Source: an uncultured delta proteobacterium
GTDB lineage: Bacteria > Desulfobacterota > Syntrophia > Syntrophales > UBA2192
DNA: 32,765 nt
NCBI GenBank assembly: GCA_963705165.1
Contig: CAVPJD010000035.1
Location: 1-32,765, forward strand
Direction: 5' to 3'
Shown: piece by piece, positions 1 through 12,876 of the stretch
Layout: the number at the start of each line of letters is the position of its first letter
Numbering within the stretch: position 1 is the first letter of the stretch
Made by a program: the position numbers and the translations under genes
The notes under the pieces: model-generated
Databases searched by the model: none
What the model was told of the DNA's origin: nothing
The model's input: the letters and a program-made list of their open reading frames with translations, nothing else

Positions 1-1
1 G

Positions 2-139
2 AAGATGCATCTCAAGTGTCCCGAGGAGAAAGTGGCCGACGCAAAGGAGGCCTTTGCGAACTACATTACCCGCTGTCCCGCCGCCCAGAGCGTCAAGGAG
101 TGCATCAAGCTCCAGGACGAGCTCATCTTCGAAAAATAG
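2..139 (+). CDS. 3' end of a gene running in from the left edge, probably OsmC/Ohr-like protein
   Basis: Frame 2 reads KMHLKCPEEKVADAKEAFANYITRCPAAQSVKECIKLQDELIFEK* (TAG 137-139) with host-like codon usage. The C-terminal 'RCPAAQSV' resembles the OsmC-family CPxxxS motif. Not in the ORF track. Confidence 0.55.
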   Translation, partial: KMHLKCPEEKVADAKEAFANYITRCPAAQSVKECIKLQDELIFEK

Positions 140-157
140 TGGAACGGGTTCAAAAAC

Positions 158-204
158 AAATCCCCCTTCATCCCCCTTTTCAAAAGGGGGACAGAGGGGG
201 ATTT
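158..204. repeat. REP-like nested palindrome, copy 1 (possible bidirectional terminator between convergent genes)
   Basis: AAATCCCCCT-TCA-TCCCCCTTTT-C-AAAAGGGGGA-CAG-AGGGGGATTT. Near-identical copy at 3093-3140. Confidence 0.9.
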
Positions 205-215
205 TTCATTCTCTT

Positions 216-250
216 TCACCGATCACTGGTCACCGGTCACTGACCACTGA
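216..250. repeat. Heptamer tandem array (YCACYGR x5)
   Basis: TCACCGA TCACTGG TCACCGG TCACTGA CCACTGA, between the palindrome and the uvrA stop. Confidence 0.85.
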
Positions 251-259
251 AAGTTCTGC

Positions 260-3073
<2,814 letters not shown>

Positions 3074-3092
3074 GATCGGGTTGATGGAACTG

Positions 3093-3140
3093 AAATCCCC
3101 CTTGCATCCCCCTTTTGCAAAGGGGGAAAGAGGGGGATTT
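3093..3140. repeat. REP-like nested palindrome, copy 2
   Basis: AAATCCCCCTTGCATCCCCCTTTTGCAAAGGGGGAAAGAGGGGGATTT, same architecture and orientation as 158-204. Confidence 0.9.
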
Positions 3141-3156
3141 TTCTTTCCTGTTCCTT

Positions 3157-3191
3157 CCCTATACCCTTGACCCTATACCCTGGACCCTATT
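3157..3191. repeat. Heptamer tandem array (CCCTnnW x5)
   Basis: CCCTATA CCCTTGA CCCTATA CCCTGGA CCCTATT, abutting the stop of the SurA-like gene. Confidence 0.85.
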
Positions 3192-3193
3192 CT

Positions 3194-4162
3194 TTACAGG
3201 CGAATCTCAACATGCGCCTTCTGCCGCCTTTCCACAAGCCACTCGGCGTACATCTTTTCCATCTTGTCGCGGTAGAGCCGCTCCTCCACGTCCTCGCGGG
3301 TGGCCTTGGCGGAAAGGCTTCCGCCGCCCCGCCGGTCGAGGGCCCGGATGATGTAGAGCCCCTGGGGGGTTTCGATCACGTCACTCGTCTCGCCCGGCTT
3401 GAGACCGAAGGCAACCTCCTCGATCGCGGGGTTCAGGCTCCCCTTCTCGACATAGCCGATGTCGCCCCCGGTGCGCGCGGAGGCGGGGGTGAACTCGTTG
3501 GCCAGGGCCTCGAAGGGCTCGCCGGCCCGGATGCGCTTCAGGATGTCCTGGGCCTTGACGCGCTGCTGCTCTTTGACTGCCGGGTCGCCTCCATCGGGGG
3601 CGGGAAGGAAGATCATCTGCAGCCTTACCATCAGCTTCCCCTCGTACTCGTTGCGGTGTTCCTGGTAAAACAAGCCGATTTCTTCGGTCGTGACGGAGAT
3701 TCTCGGGCGGATTTCCCTCTGCATGATCCGCATCTTGATCAGATCGCCTCGCGTCGCCTCGCGGTACTTCTCGTAGCTGCTCCCATCCTTGATCAGGGCC
3801 TGCTGCAGGTCCTCAAGCGACATTTTGCGCCGCTGCAGGCTTTCCTGGATGGATTTGGTGATCTCTTCGTCCCGGACGGTGATCCCCAGCCTCCTGGCTT
3901 CCTGTCTCAGGAGCAGATCGTCGATCATCCTGTCCAGCAAAACCTTCCTCGCTTCACCGGCGATCCGCTCCCGTTCCCCGGGGGGGATGCTCTGCCCGTA
4001 ACGGTTCAGGGTGAGCTCCACCGTGCTTTCCAGCTCGTACTGGGTGATGACGTCGTCGTTGACGACGGCGATGACGCGATCGACGATCTCACCCCACGAC
4101 GGCGTTGCCGCCGCGACAAGAAGAAATGCGGTCCATGCCAGAAGTCTGTGCAGTTTGTTCAT
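3194..4162 (-). CDS. surA: SurA-like periplasmic chaperone / parvulin-type peptidyl-prolyl isomerase
   Basis: Signal peptide, then 'IVDRVIAVVNDDVIT' (SurA N domain) and a parvulin domain (GEPFEALA...GGDIGYV...SDVIETPQGLYII). Confidence 0.85.
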   Translation of the reverse strand: MNKLHRLLAWTAFLLVAAATPSWGEIVDRVIAVVNDDVITQYELESTVELTLNRYGQSIPPGERERIAGEARKVLLDRMIDDLLLRQEARRLGITVRDEEITKSIQESLQRRKMSLEDLQQALIKDGSSYEKYREATRGDLIKMRIMQREIRPRISVTTEEIGLFYQEHRNEYEGKLMVRLQMIFLPAPDGGDPAVKEQQRVKAQDILKRIRAGEPFEALANEFTPASARTGGDIGYVEKGSLNPAIEEVAFGLKPGETSDVIETPQGLYIIRALDRRGGGSLSAKATREDVEERLYRDKMEKMYAEWLVERRQKAHVEIRL

Positions 4163-4177
4163 GGTTGTCCACCACCA

Positions 4178-5227
4178 TTATCCCTTGCCGGGGGGCGCCG
4201 GGGCTTGTCCCGGCCTGGGCTCCTCGGTTCGGGTTTCTTCGATCTTGACCTGCTTCAGGCGCTCTTCATCGATGCGGATTTTCGCCCTCGCCTTGAGTGC
4301 ATCGAGCCATTTCCGGAACTCCCTTTCCTCCCTGCTCTTTGCGAGATCCGCCCTGATCTTTTCCTTGACCTCGGCAAATTCGATCCAACGCCCCTTTTCT
4401 TTTTTCAGGACCTTGAACAGGTGGAACCCGTAAGGGCTTTTCACGACCTTGCTCGTCTTTCCCTCGGCGAGCGAGAAGACGATCCGGTCGAAGGCCTCCG
4501 GCATGACCCCCCGTGTGAAAACTCCGAGGTCTCCCCCTTTGGCGGCTTCGGGGCCCGTTGAGACCTCGCGGGCCGTCTTGCTGAAGTCCTCACCGGCCTG
4601 GAGGCGCTTCAGCACGGCATCGGCTTTCTCCCTGGTCGCAACGACAATCTGTGCAACATGCACCGTCTCCTCGGAGTAGTAGCGGCTCCGGTTGGTCTGG
4701 TAATAGGCCATGGCCTCGTCGTCCGTGATGGCGATCTTCGAGTTGACCTCCCGGTCGACGAGTTTCTCGAGCAGCAGTCGCTTTCTCAGCTCCTCGCTCC
4801 AGATTTTGTAGTCCACCTTCTCGCCGCCGAAGACCTGGGCGAAACTCTCGCCGGTGTAATCCTTCTTGATCTCCTCGACGCGTGCCTTCAAATCGTCGTC
4901 GGTGACCTTGAGTCCGAGATTCTCGGCTTGGATCAGCATCACCTTTTCATCGATCAGGCCGTCGAGGGCCTCGCGCTTGATGTTGACGATGTCATCTTCC
5001 TTCAGACCGGACGTGCTGCCCAGGAGGTTGAGTGCGTTGCGCAACTTCACGGTCAAGTCCTTGACCTTGATCTCGACCCCGTTCACCGTGGCGATAGCGT
5101 CCTCCGAGGGTGTCTTGAAGGTCGAGCAGCCGATGCCCGCGGCCAGAAAAAAAGCCGCCGCCATCCCCACCAGGGCAGCCCTGCGGCGCAGGTCATGCCT
5201 GCACGACTCTCCTTCGCGATCCTCCAT
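4178..5227 (-). CDS. PpiC/PrsA-type peptidyl-prolyl cis-trans isomerase, probable lipoprotein
   Basis: Hydrophobic signal ending AGIG-C; 'IATVNG' SurA_N-like region; parvulin motifs GEDFSKTAREVS..GGDLG..SPYGFHLFKV. Confidence 0.88.
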   Translation of the reverse strand: MEDREGESCRHDLRRRAALVGMAAAFFLAAGIGCSTFKTPSEDAIATVNGVEIKVKDLTVKLRNALNLLGSTSGLKEDDIVNIKREALDGLIDEKVMLIQAENLGLKVTDDDLKARVEEIKKDYTGESFAQVFGGEKVDYKIWSEELRKRLLLEKLVDREVNSKIAITDDEAMAYYQTNRSRYYSEETVHVAQIVVATREKADAVLKRLQAGEDFSKTAREVSTGPEAAKGGDLGVFTRGVMPEAFDRIVFSLAEGKTSKVVKSPYGFHLFKVLKKEKGRWIEFAEVKEKIRADLAKSREEREFRKWLDALKARAKIRIDEERLKQVKIEETRTEEPRPGQAPAPPGKG

Positions 5228-5281
5228 GCTTACTCCCCCCCACTACAAAAAATGTCTATCCGGTATGTCCGATCTTATCAC

Positions 5282-5430
5282 AGAAGCGTGTCGCGCTGTA
5301 GCGAGTAGCTGTGAAGGAAGCTCTGCAATCCCTCTTTTTACTTCCCACTCTTCACTCAGTCACTCAGGAAATTCTTCACGTCACTGCCGCTTCGCGGCGC
5401 TCTACACGCTCAGACCCGCTACACGCTTCT
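5282..5430. repeat. Intergenic element bounded by 14-bp inverted repeats, with internal short tandem arrays
   Basis: AGAAGCGTGTCGCG (5282-5295) versus CGCTACACGCTTCT (5417-5430), a 13/14 inverted match. Internal CACTC-type repeats at ~5345-5365. Confidence 0.65.
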
Positions 5431-5439
5431 TTCGGCATG

Positions 5440-8400
5440 CTAATGCCGCGCCAGTTCCTCGAGCAGCCCTTTGGCCGCCTCGATGATCTGCCACTCTTGC
5501 AGGTCGGGCATGGGAATAAAGAGCCGGTGGTCGGGCGTGAAGCGCATCCCCTTCCATTTTTTCCGCGAAAGCTCGATCAGCTTCAGCGGGTCGATGGGGC
5601 TCGACTTGTGGATCGCGAGGATCATGTTCCGCCCGTCGTACTCCATCTTTTCGGCCATGAGGCCCTTCATGAGGTTGCGCAGGCTGATGACCTCAATCAG
5701 GTTCTGCACCTCCTGGGGCAGCGGGCCGTAGCAGTCCAGCATCTCCTCCCTCGTCTCCAGGAGGTCCTCGTCGGCCGGGGCCATGGAGAGCTTCTTGTAC
5801 GTCACGAGCCTGCGGTGCGTGTCGGGCACATAGCTGTCGGGGATGAAGGCCGCAAGCCCCAGGTGGATCTCCGGCTTGATCTCCGCCTCGGGCATCTTCT
5901 CGCCCCTCAACTCCCGGACGGCGCGCTCCATGAGCTGCGTGTACATCTCGTACCCCACGGCCGAGACGTGCCCCGACTGGGACATGCCCACGAGGTTTCC
6001 GGCCCCCCGGATCTCGAGGTCGTGTGATGCGATCTTGAACCCGGAACCCGGCTCCGTGAATTCCTTGATGACCGTGAGCCTTTTTTGCGCGTCGGGCGAG
6101 AGCATGGCCCCCGGCGGGATCAGCAGGTACGCCCGGGCCTCCTCCTTCGAGCGGCCCACGCGCCCCCGGATCTGATAGAGCTGCGCCAGGCCGAAGCGGT
6201 CCGCACGGTCAATGATGATCGTGTTGGCCGTGGGAATGTCGATGCCCGACCCGATGATCGTCGTACATAGCAGAACATTGTACTCTTTACGAAGGAATTT
6301 TACCATGACATCCTCCAGCTCCCGGGGGCGCATCTGGCCGTGGGCGACGCCGATTTTCGCTTCGGGCACGACCTGCCGGATGCGCCGGGCCATGTGGTGG
6401 ATGGAGTGAACCCGGTCGTGGATGAAGAAGACCTGCCCCCCGCGGGCCATCTCGTCGAGGGTGGCCTTGCGGATCACCTCGTCGTCGAACTCCAGCACCC
6501 AGGTCTTGATGGAGAGCCTTCCCTCGGGCGGTGTGTGGATGATGGAGAGGTCCCGGATCCCCACGAGGGAGAGCTGCAGCGTACGCGGAATGGGGGTCGC
6601 GGTGAGCGTCAGCACATCCACCAGCGTGCGCAGCTTCTTGAGTTTCTCCTTGTGGGTGACGCCGAAGCGCTGCTCCTCGTCGATCACGACGAGTCCCAGG
6701 TCCTTGAAGACGACGTCCTTCTGCAGGAGCCGGTGAGTGCCGACGACGATGTCGATCAAGCCCCGGGCGAGCTTCTCGAGTACCTGCTTCTGCTGCTCGC
6801 GCGTCTTGAAGCGGTTCAGCGTCTCCAGCCGGACGGGGTACTTGGCGAGCCTCGAGCAAAACGTCTGGTAGTGCTGCTCGGCGAGGATCGTCGTGGGCAC
6901 GAGCACCGCCGTCTGCTTGCCGTCCATGGCGGCGCGGAAGGCGGCCCGGATGGCCACCTCCGTCTTCCCGAAGCCCGCATCGCCGCAGATGAGACGGTCC
7001 ATGGGCTTTTCATTGTCCATGTCGAGGTTCACGTCCTCGATGGCGCGGCCCTGGTCCGGTGTCTCCTCGTACTCGAAGGACGAGGAGAACTCCTCGTAGT
7101 AGCGGTCGACGGCCGAGAAGGCGTTTCCCTTCAGCGTGTCGCGGGCGGCGTAGAGGGCCACCAGATCCTCGGCGATCTCCTCAACGGCCTTCTTGACGCG
7201 GCGCCTGGCCGTCTCCCAGGCCGTTCCGCCCAGCTTGTCGATCCGGGGGTCGTGCCCGTCGGGCCCGATGTAGCGCTGGATCTGGTCGAGTCGGTGGACG
7301 GGGATGTAGAGCCTGTCTCCCGCCTGGTATTCCATGAGGAGGAAGTCGTTCTCGATCGCCCCCACGCTGAGCCGCTTGAGCCCCCGGTAGATGCCGATCC
7401 CGTGGTCCGTGTGGACGACGCAGTCGCCCTCGTTGAGCTCGCCGAAGGACTGCAGGAAGTATCCCTCGCGGGCACGGGCGGGGCGGCGCCTGCGGGCTTT
7501 CTTCCCGAAAATCTCCTCCTCGCCGACGACGACGATCCGAAGCCCGGGCAGGGAAAATCCCTCGGCGATCTTTCCCTCGCGCAGGATGAGACGTCCGGCC
7601 GCTCCCCGGGGTTCCAGGAGTCTCCTGGAAAAAGGGGGCCTCCGAGCGCGCCATGGGGAGCGAGTAGTCCTCGAGGAGATGAATCATGCGGTGCATCTCC
7701 TCCTCGCCCGCGCACAGGTAGTGGACGAGAAACCCCTCGCGGGTCCAGCCCCGGATTTTCTCGGCCATGGGGGCAAGCAGGCTTTCCTCGCGCTGGATGA
7801 CGGCGGGCTCCTTCGGCCGCAGGCCCAGGTCCGTCTCGACGCCGAAACGGACGGCGCTGCCGTCCTGATGCGCGCCGATCTCGATGCCCTCGATCACGAT
7901 CCTCTGCAGGCCCCCGGCGCTGCGCTCCGCGTCCTTTTCCGAAAGGAAGAGAACGCCCTCGTCGAGGTGGAATTTTTCCTCTTCCTTTGCCCGGAAAAAG
8001 AGACGGCTGATTTCGCTTCGCGCCTTCTCGTCGGCCCGAGCCATGGCCAGCGGGTCGTCGACGATGACGAGTCCCCCGGCCGGGAAGTACTCCGTCAGGC
8101 TCTCGAGGCCCCCGGTGCCCTCCTCGTCCGTGTAGAAAAGGGGGAAGAACTGCGGGTTGAGGGAGCCTGCCGTCCCGTTGCCGATCGTCTCGGCGAGACG
8201 CTCTTTCGCCCGGGCGGGCAGCCCCAGCTCACCGGCCCGGATCCGCAGGTTGCGAAGGGCCCTCTTTCGGGCCTCCTCCGAGAGGATGAGCTCGCGCGCC
8301 GGCGTGAGGGTGAATTCGGTGAGTTCCTTGCGGGAGCGCTGCGAGGTGACGTCCATCTCGCGGATGGACTCGATCTCGTCGCCCTCAAGCAGCAGCCGGT

Positions 8401-8974
8401 AAGGCCCCGGCGCCGTGGGCGGGTAGACATCGATCACGTTTCCCCGGAGGCTGAAATCTCCGCCCTCCTCGACGAGAGGCACCCGGCGGTACCCGCCTTC
8501 GGTGAGCGTTGCGGCGAAGAGGTCCCGATCGATTGTGTCGCCGATGGAGACGGGGGCGATGAAGCCGGCCACAACGCCCCGCGGCACGACCTTCTGCAGC
8601 AGGGCCGCCCGGGGTATGATGACAATGGAGGGCTTGTTTTCGATCAGGGTGGAAAGAACGCGGATCCTCTCGAGCTCCACGTCTTTCTGAGACGAGAGCG
8701 CATCGGGGAGCATGAGGTCCCAGGGGGGCATGAGGAGCACCGAATCGCCGCCGGCAAAGAAGGCCGTATCCTGCGCGAGAGTGCGCGCCTCCTCGGCGCC
8801 TGCGCAAAGCACGGCCACGGACCGCTTCATCAGTTCGTAGAGAGCGGCGATGAAAAGGGCCTTCGATGAGCCCTTCAGGCCCGTGACCCTCGTCTCGCTT
8901 TCGCGGTCCATGCGTTCGAGCACGGCCCGGAAGGCAGGGTCGGCCTGAAGGAGTTTCTGCAGTTCTGTATTCAC
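5440..8974 (-). CDS. mfd: Transcription-repair coupling factor, split by one apparent indel near 7622
   Basis: N-terminal UvrB-homology part (ORF 7181..9037; FSLRGNVIDVYP) joins after a 1-nt shift to LILREGKIAEGF...EEEIFG...GDCVVHTDHGIGIYRG (CarD/RID). This runs in frame into ORF 5440..7365 (GDAGFGKTEV, DEEQRFGV, QIRGRVGR, TRCF domain). Start GTG 8974 or ATG 9037. Confidence 0.95.
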
Positions 8975-9039
8975 GTTATGATCATCAGAAACCCGTCTGA
9001 ATCGGCTTCTATGAACTTTCCGTCTTTTTCTTTCCATGC

Positions 9040-9125
9040 AAAATCGGCCCCTTTCTTGACAGGGGGAAACAGGGGGATTTTATTCTTTCCCTAGTGCACT
9101 GAGCCACTGAGTCACTGACCACTTG
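9040..9125. repeat. Degenerate palindrome copy 3 plus CACTGA tandem array
   Basis: AAAATCGGCCCCTTTCTTGACAGGGGGAAACAGGGGGATTTT (right half matches copies 1 and 2), then GCACTGAG CCACTGAG TCACTGA CCACTTG (9096-9125). Confidence 0.75.
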
Positions 9126-9133
9126 CTGAATGC

Positions 9134-10030
9134 TCACCCCACCGCCAGCATCCTGTCGAGACACCTCTTCGCGGGAATCCGGATTGCCTCGGGCACCTTC
9201 ACCGCAGGCGCCATGATCGTGAGGGCTTTCAGGATGTCCTCGAGCGTCGTGAGCTTCATCGTGTCGCAGATCATCGTTTCCGAGGCCGGGATGAAGGTCT
9301 TTCCGGGGTATCTCGTCCGGAGCTGGTAGAGGATTCCCTTCTCGGTGCCGAAAATGAGCTCGCTGCCTTCCATCTTTCCCGCGTAGGCGATGATCCCGGA
9401 GGTGCTCCCCACGTAATCGGCCAGTTTCAGGACCTCTTCACGACATTCCGGGTGGGCGGCGAACTTTGCCCCCGGGTGGCGGGCCTTCGCGGCGAGGACC
9501 TCTTCCGGACTGAGGTTTTGATGCACGGGGCACGTCCCTCCCCAGGGGATGATTTCCTTGTCGGTGAACTTCGCCGTGTAACGGGCGAGGTTGCCGTCGG
9601 GGATCATGAGCACCCGCTTTTCGGAAAGCGACTGGACGACGCGCACGGCGTTTGCCGAAGTGCAGCAGATGTCGCTTGCGGCCTTGATCGCCGCCGAGGA
9701 GTTGATGTAGGTCACGACGGCCGCATCGGGGTATTTCTTCTTTTCCGCCTCCAGGGCCTCTACGGTGATCGTGTCGGCCAGGGCGCAGCCGGCATCGAGG
9801 CGCGGCAGGAGAACGGTCTTTTCGGGCGAGAGGATGGAGGCGCTCTCCGCCATGAAGTGAACGCCGGCAAAGACGATGACATCGGCCTTGGTCTTTGCGG
9901 CCTCGAAGCTGAGCGCCAGCGAATCGCCCGTGAAATCGGCGATCTCCTGCACCTCGTCGCGCTGGTAGTAGTGGGCCAGCAGGATGCCGTTTTTCTCCTT
10001 CAGCAATGCCCTGATTTGATCCTCGATCAT
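9134..10030 (-). CDS. nadA: Quinolinate synthase
   Basis: [69 protein letters not shown]. Confidence 0.97.
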   Translation of the reverse strand: MIEDQIRALLKEKNGILLAHYYQRDEVQEIADFTGDSLALSFEAAKTKADVIVFAGVHFMAESASILSPEKTVLLPRLDAGCALADTITVEALEAEKKKYPDAAVVTYINSSAAIKAASDICCTSANAVRVVQSLSEKRVLMIPDGNLARYTAKFTDKEIIPWGGTCPVHQNLSPEEVLAAKARHPGAKFAAHPECREEVLKLADYVGSTSGIIAYAGKMEGSELIFGTEKGILYQLRTRYPGKTFIPASETMICDTMKLTTLEDILKALTIMAPAVKVPEAIRIPAKRCLDRMLAVG

Positions 10031-10105
10031 GTTTGCGTTTTCCGCCTGTCGATAAAACTACCCCTTCGTTCGACCATTTTCTGCTTCGAACAAGGGGACT
10101 GTTTT

Positions 10106-10140
10106 TCCATCCTCGATCCTCGGTCCTTGAACCTCGGACC
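10106..10140. repeat. Heptamer tandem array in the nadA upstream region
   Basis: TCCATCC TCGATCC TCGGTCC TTGAACC TCGGACC. Confidence 0.75.
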
Positions 10141-10225
10141 TTCTTACGCGCGTAATATATGTCATGCAACCCCTGAATTCAAGGCAAAAACCGCCGGATT
10201 CCCCGGCCTCGATGCTGCAGGATCG

Positions 10226-10254
10226 TTGACATTCCCCCGTGATTACGGTACGTT
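10226..10254 (+). promoter_or_regulatory. Putative sigma70 promoter for moeA
   Basis: TTGACA (10226-10231), 17-nt spacer, TACGTT (10249-10254); RBS AGGAG just before the start. Confidence 0.6.
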
Positions 10255-10289
10255 CGTAACCCTGCACCCACGATGAAGATTCGCCAGGA

Positions 10290-11537
10290 GTGACCATGAT
10301 ATCCGTAGATGAAGCCCTGAAGACCATTCTCGAGGCAATCCATCCCCTCGGTTGCGAGAACGTCCCCATCACCTCGGCCCTCGGCTGCGTTATCGGCGAG
10401 GACATCGTCTCCGGCCGCAACATCCCGCCCCTGGCCAACTCGGCCATGGACGGCTATGCCGTCATCGCCGCCGACACGGCCTTCGCAAACAAGGGCAAAC
10501 CCGCCGTCCTCGACGTCCTGGAGGACGTCCCCGCCGGAAAGGTGGCCACGCAGCCCATCCGGAAAGGCCAGGCCATCCGGATCATGACGGGCGCCCCCTT
10601 GCCCGAGGGGGCCGATGCCGTTGTCCGCGTGGAAGACACCGAGGCGCAGGGCGGCAGGGTAAAGATTTTCGTTGCCGCCGCTCCCGGCCTCGACATCCGG
10701 GAGGCCGGCGAGGACGTGAAGACGGGCGAGCTCGTCATTCCCAGGGGGAGCGTTCTTCGCGCAGCCGAGATCGGCATGCTTGCCGCCCTGGGCCGCTCCT
10801 ACGTGAGCGTGCACCAGCGGCCCGTCGTGGCCGTTATCTCCACGGGCGATGAGCTGGTGGAGGTCGATGAGACGCCCGGGCCGGGAAAGATCGTGAACAG
10901 CAACGGCTACTCGCTGGCGGCCCTGGTCCTGGAGGCGGGCGGCACCCCGCTTCAGGTGGGGATCGCCCGGGATACCCGGGAGGACCTGCTGGACCGATTC
11001 AGGACAGCCGCCCGGGCCGACATCCTCATCTCCTCGGGCGGGGTCTCCGTGGGGGACTACGATCTCGTGAAGGACATCATGGCCGAGATCGGCAGCCGCA
11101 TCCAGTTCTGGCGCGTGGCCATGCGGCCCGGGCGCCCGCTGGCCTTCGGCCTGCTGGAGGGGAAGCCCCTCTTCGGCCTGCCGGGAAACCCCGTGTCCTC
11201 CATGGTCTCCTTCGAGCAGTTTATCCGCCCCGCGATCCTCAAGATGAGGGGATACCGAAACATCTATCGCAGGGCCGTCCGGGCCGAGATGAAGGAGGGC
11301 TTCACAAAAAAGAAGGGGCTGAGATATTTCCTGCGGGCCCGCGTCGAGTTCCGCGACGGCAAATACGTAGCCGCACTGACGGGCGAGCAGGGCTCGGGGA
11401 TCCTGAAATCCATGGTGCTCGCCAACGGCCTCATCGTGCTTGCCGAGGACATCACCTCGGTCAAGCCCGGCGACGAGGTGGCCGTCCAGCTCCTGGACAA
11501 CTCCCTGGACCTCACGCCGGCGCCGGACTATCTGTAA
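10290..11537 (+). CDS. moeA: Molybdopterin molybdenumtransferase (gephyrin-like)
   Basis: NSAMDGYA, IRIMTGAPLPEGADAVV, STGDEL, SSGGVSVGDYD, MRPGRP, LPGNPVS. Start GTG 10290 or ATG 10296. Confidence 0.97.
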   Translation: MTMISVDEALKTILEAIHPLGCENVPITSALGCVIGEDIVSGRNIPPLANSAMDGYAVIAADTAFANKGKPAVLDVLEDVPAGKVATQPIRKGQAIRIMTGAPLPEGADAVVRVEDTEAQGGRVKIFVAAAPGLDIREAGEDVKTGELVIPRGSVLRAAEIGMLAALGRSYVSVHQRPVVAVISTGDELVEVDETPGPGKIVNSNGYSLAALVLEAGGTPLQVGIARDTREDLLDRFRTAARADILISSGGVSVGDYDLVKDIMAEIGSRIQFWRVAMRPGRPLAFGLLEGKPLFGLPGNPVSSMVSFEQFIRPAILKMRGYRNIYRRAVRAEMKEGFTKKKGLRYFLRARVEFRDGKYVAALTGEQGSGILKSMVLANGLIVLAEDITSVKPGDEVAVQLLDNSLDLTPAPDYL

Positions 11538-11820
11538 ATCCACAACTTCAGCCGTCGAGAAGCAGCTTCTTACCCGTTACACTCGTACCCGATACCCTGT
11601 TTTTTCGATCATTAGCCGCTTGCTCGCAGTAAGCGCAGCTTGAGTTGCATCCCTCGCTTGCTTCCTCATGCACTTGTATACGCTGCTCTCTCTTCCATAT
11701 GACACATAACACATGAGACTTTTTTACGGCCCACAGACGGCTGGTCGCTGCACCTGCCGGCGGCGAGAGGCGGATTGTTCGGATCGGGAGCGCCAGAGGA
11801 ATGCCGGTGCCGGATATGCG

Positions 11821-12876
11821 TCAGGGAGAAAGCAATTTCTTCTGTGCCGGTATCTTGTCGATCAGGGTGAATGGCGTCTGGACCGAAGAAAGTGTCTCCC
11901 CGCGCTGCCGGATGTTTTCTTCCCGGATGGCTCCCAGGCGGCCGGAGGAATCGGCCAGGTATTCCACCCGCTTCGGGTCGATGCCCATGATCCGGGCACA
12001 GGTCGCGTCGACTGCGGGAAAGTTCCGCCCCATGACGATTACGCCCGCCGCTTTCGGCGTGCCCATGATCGGGCCGTCGCCCTCCATTCCGACGATCCCA
12101 TCCACGATCGCAAAGTGAGGCCTGACCGTCGCGTTGATGTCGAGGATGCAGTCCTCGATTCCCGCGTGGTGCAGGACGTTCTTCGGCCACCCGTAGCAGG
12201 ATCCGGGCATGAGCCCGAAGAGGTTCTTCATGGACAGGGTCACGCCGGTCCAGTGGTGGGTCTTCAGTTTTGCCATGGAAACGATCCAGTCGACCTTCCG
12301 CAGAGTCAGGGGCAGCGTGAGGGTCTTGAGACGGCTGTGGCCGCCGGCATTCGGGACCGTGTAGACATCGTCGTAATTGAGGTCGACAAAGGGAATCCTG
12401 TCCTCCGCGAGGACATCCATGATCCCCGTCTCCTCGAGAAGCCTCAAGGTGTCGCGGCAGTGCCCCGAGCCTTCCGCCACCAGGACTCTCGAGGCCCCGA
12501 GGCTTCGGAAGGCCTCGATGGCGCCGCGGATGACGCCGGGGTGCGTGTTGATATGAGGGGCATCGGCCCTCGTTTCGACGAGGTTCGGCTTGAGCAGGAT
12601 CGTCTTTCCCTTGATCTCGTCAGGGCGGACCCCGAGTTCCCTGAATCCGGAGAGGATCGCCGACCGAATGTCGGCGTTATAGCGGGGCACCTTCGCGACG
12701 AACGCCTCCGACGGCGGTTCGCTCCGCATGCAGGCCTGGAGGATCGGCAGGGACAGGAGCGTGAAAAGACCGCGGGGAAGCAGGCGGAATACAAGGTCTC
12801 GCCTCGAGATCGCCGATGAGCGAAACAGCGTTTCGAGGTGTGACAAATTGAGCGGATCGCGGTCACGAAAAAGCAT
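11821..12876 (-). CDS. DUF362 domain protein with twin-arginine-like N-terminus
   Basis: ILLKPNLVE, NTHP, VAEGSG, AKLKTHHWTGVTLSMKNLFG, IVDGIVGMEGDGP, AVDATCARIMG. N-terminal SRRDLV plus a hydrophobic stretch ending LQAC. Confidence 0.88.
   Translation of the reverse strand: MLFRDRDPLNLSHLETLFRSSAISRRDLVFRLLPRGLFTLLSLPILQACMRSEPPSEAFVAKVPRYNADIRSAILSGFRELGVRPDEIKGKTILLKPNLVETRADAPHINTHPGVIRGAIEAFRSLGASRVLVAEGSGHCRDTLRLLEETGIMDVLAEDRIPFVDLNYDDVYTVPNAGGHSRLKTLTLPLTLRKVDWIVSMAKLKTHHWTGVTLSMKNLFGLMPGSCYGWPKNVLHHAGIEDCILDINATVRPHFAIVDGIVGMEGDGPIMGTPKAAGVIVMGRNFPAVDATCARIMGIDPKRVEYLADSSGRLGAIREENIRQRGETLSSVQTPFTLIDKIPAQKKLLSP

Noticed and set aside
7600..7640. Programmed frameshift or genuine split of mfd
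   Set aside because: No convincing slippery site plus stimulator, and similar indels are scattered across the window; sequencing error is simpler.
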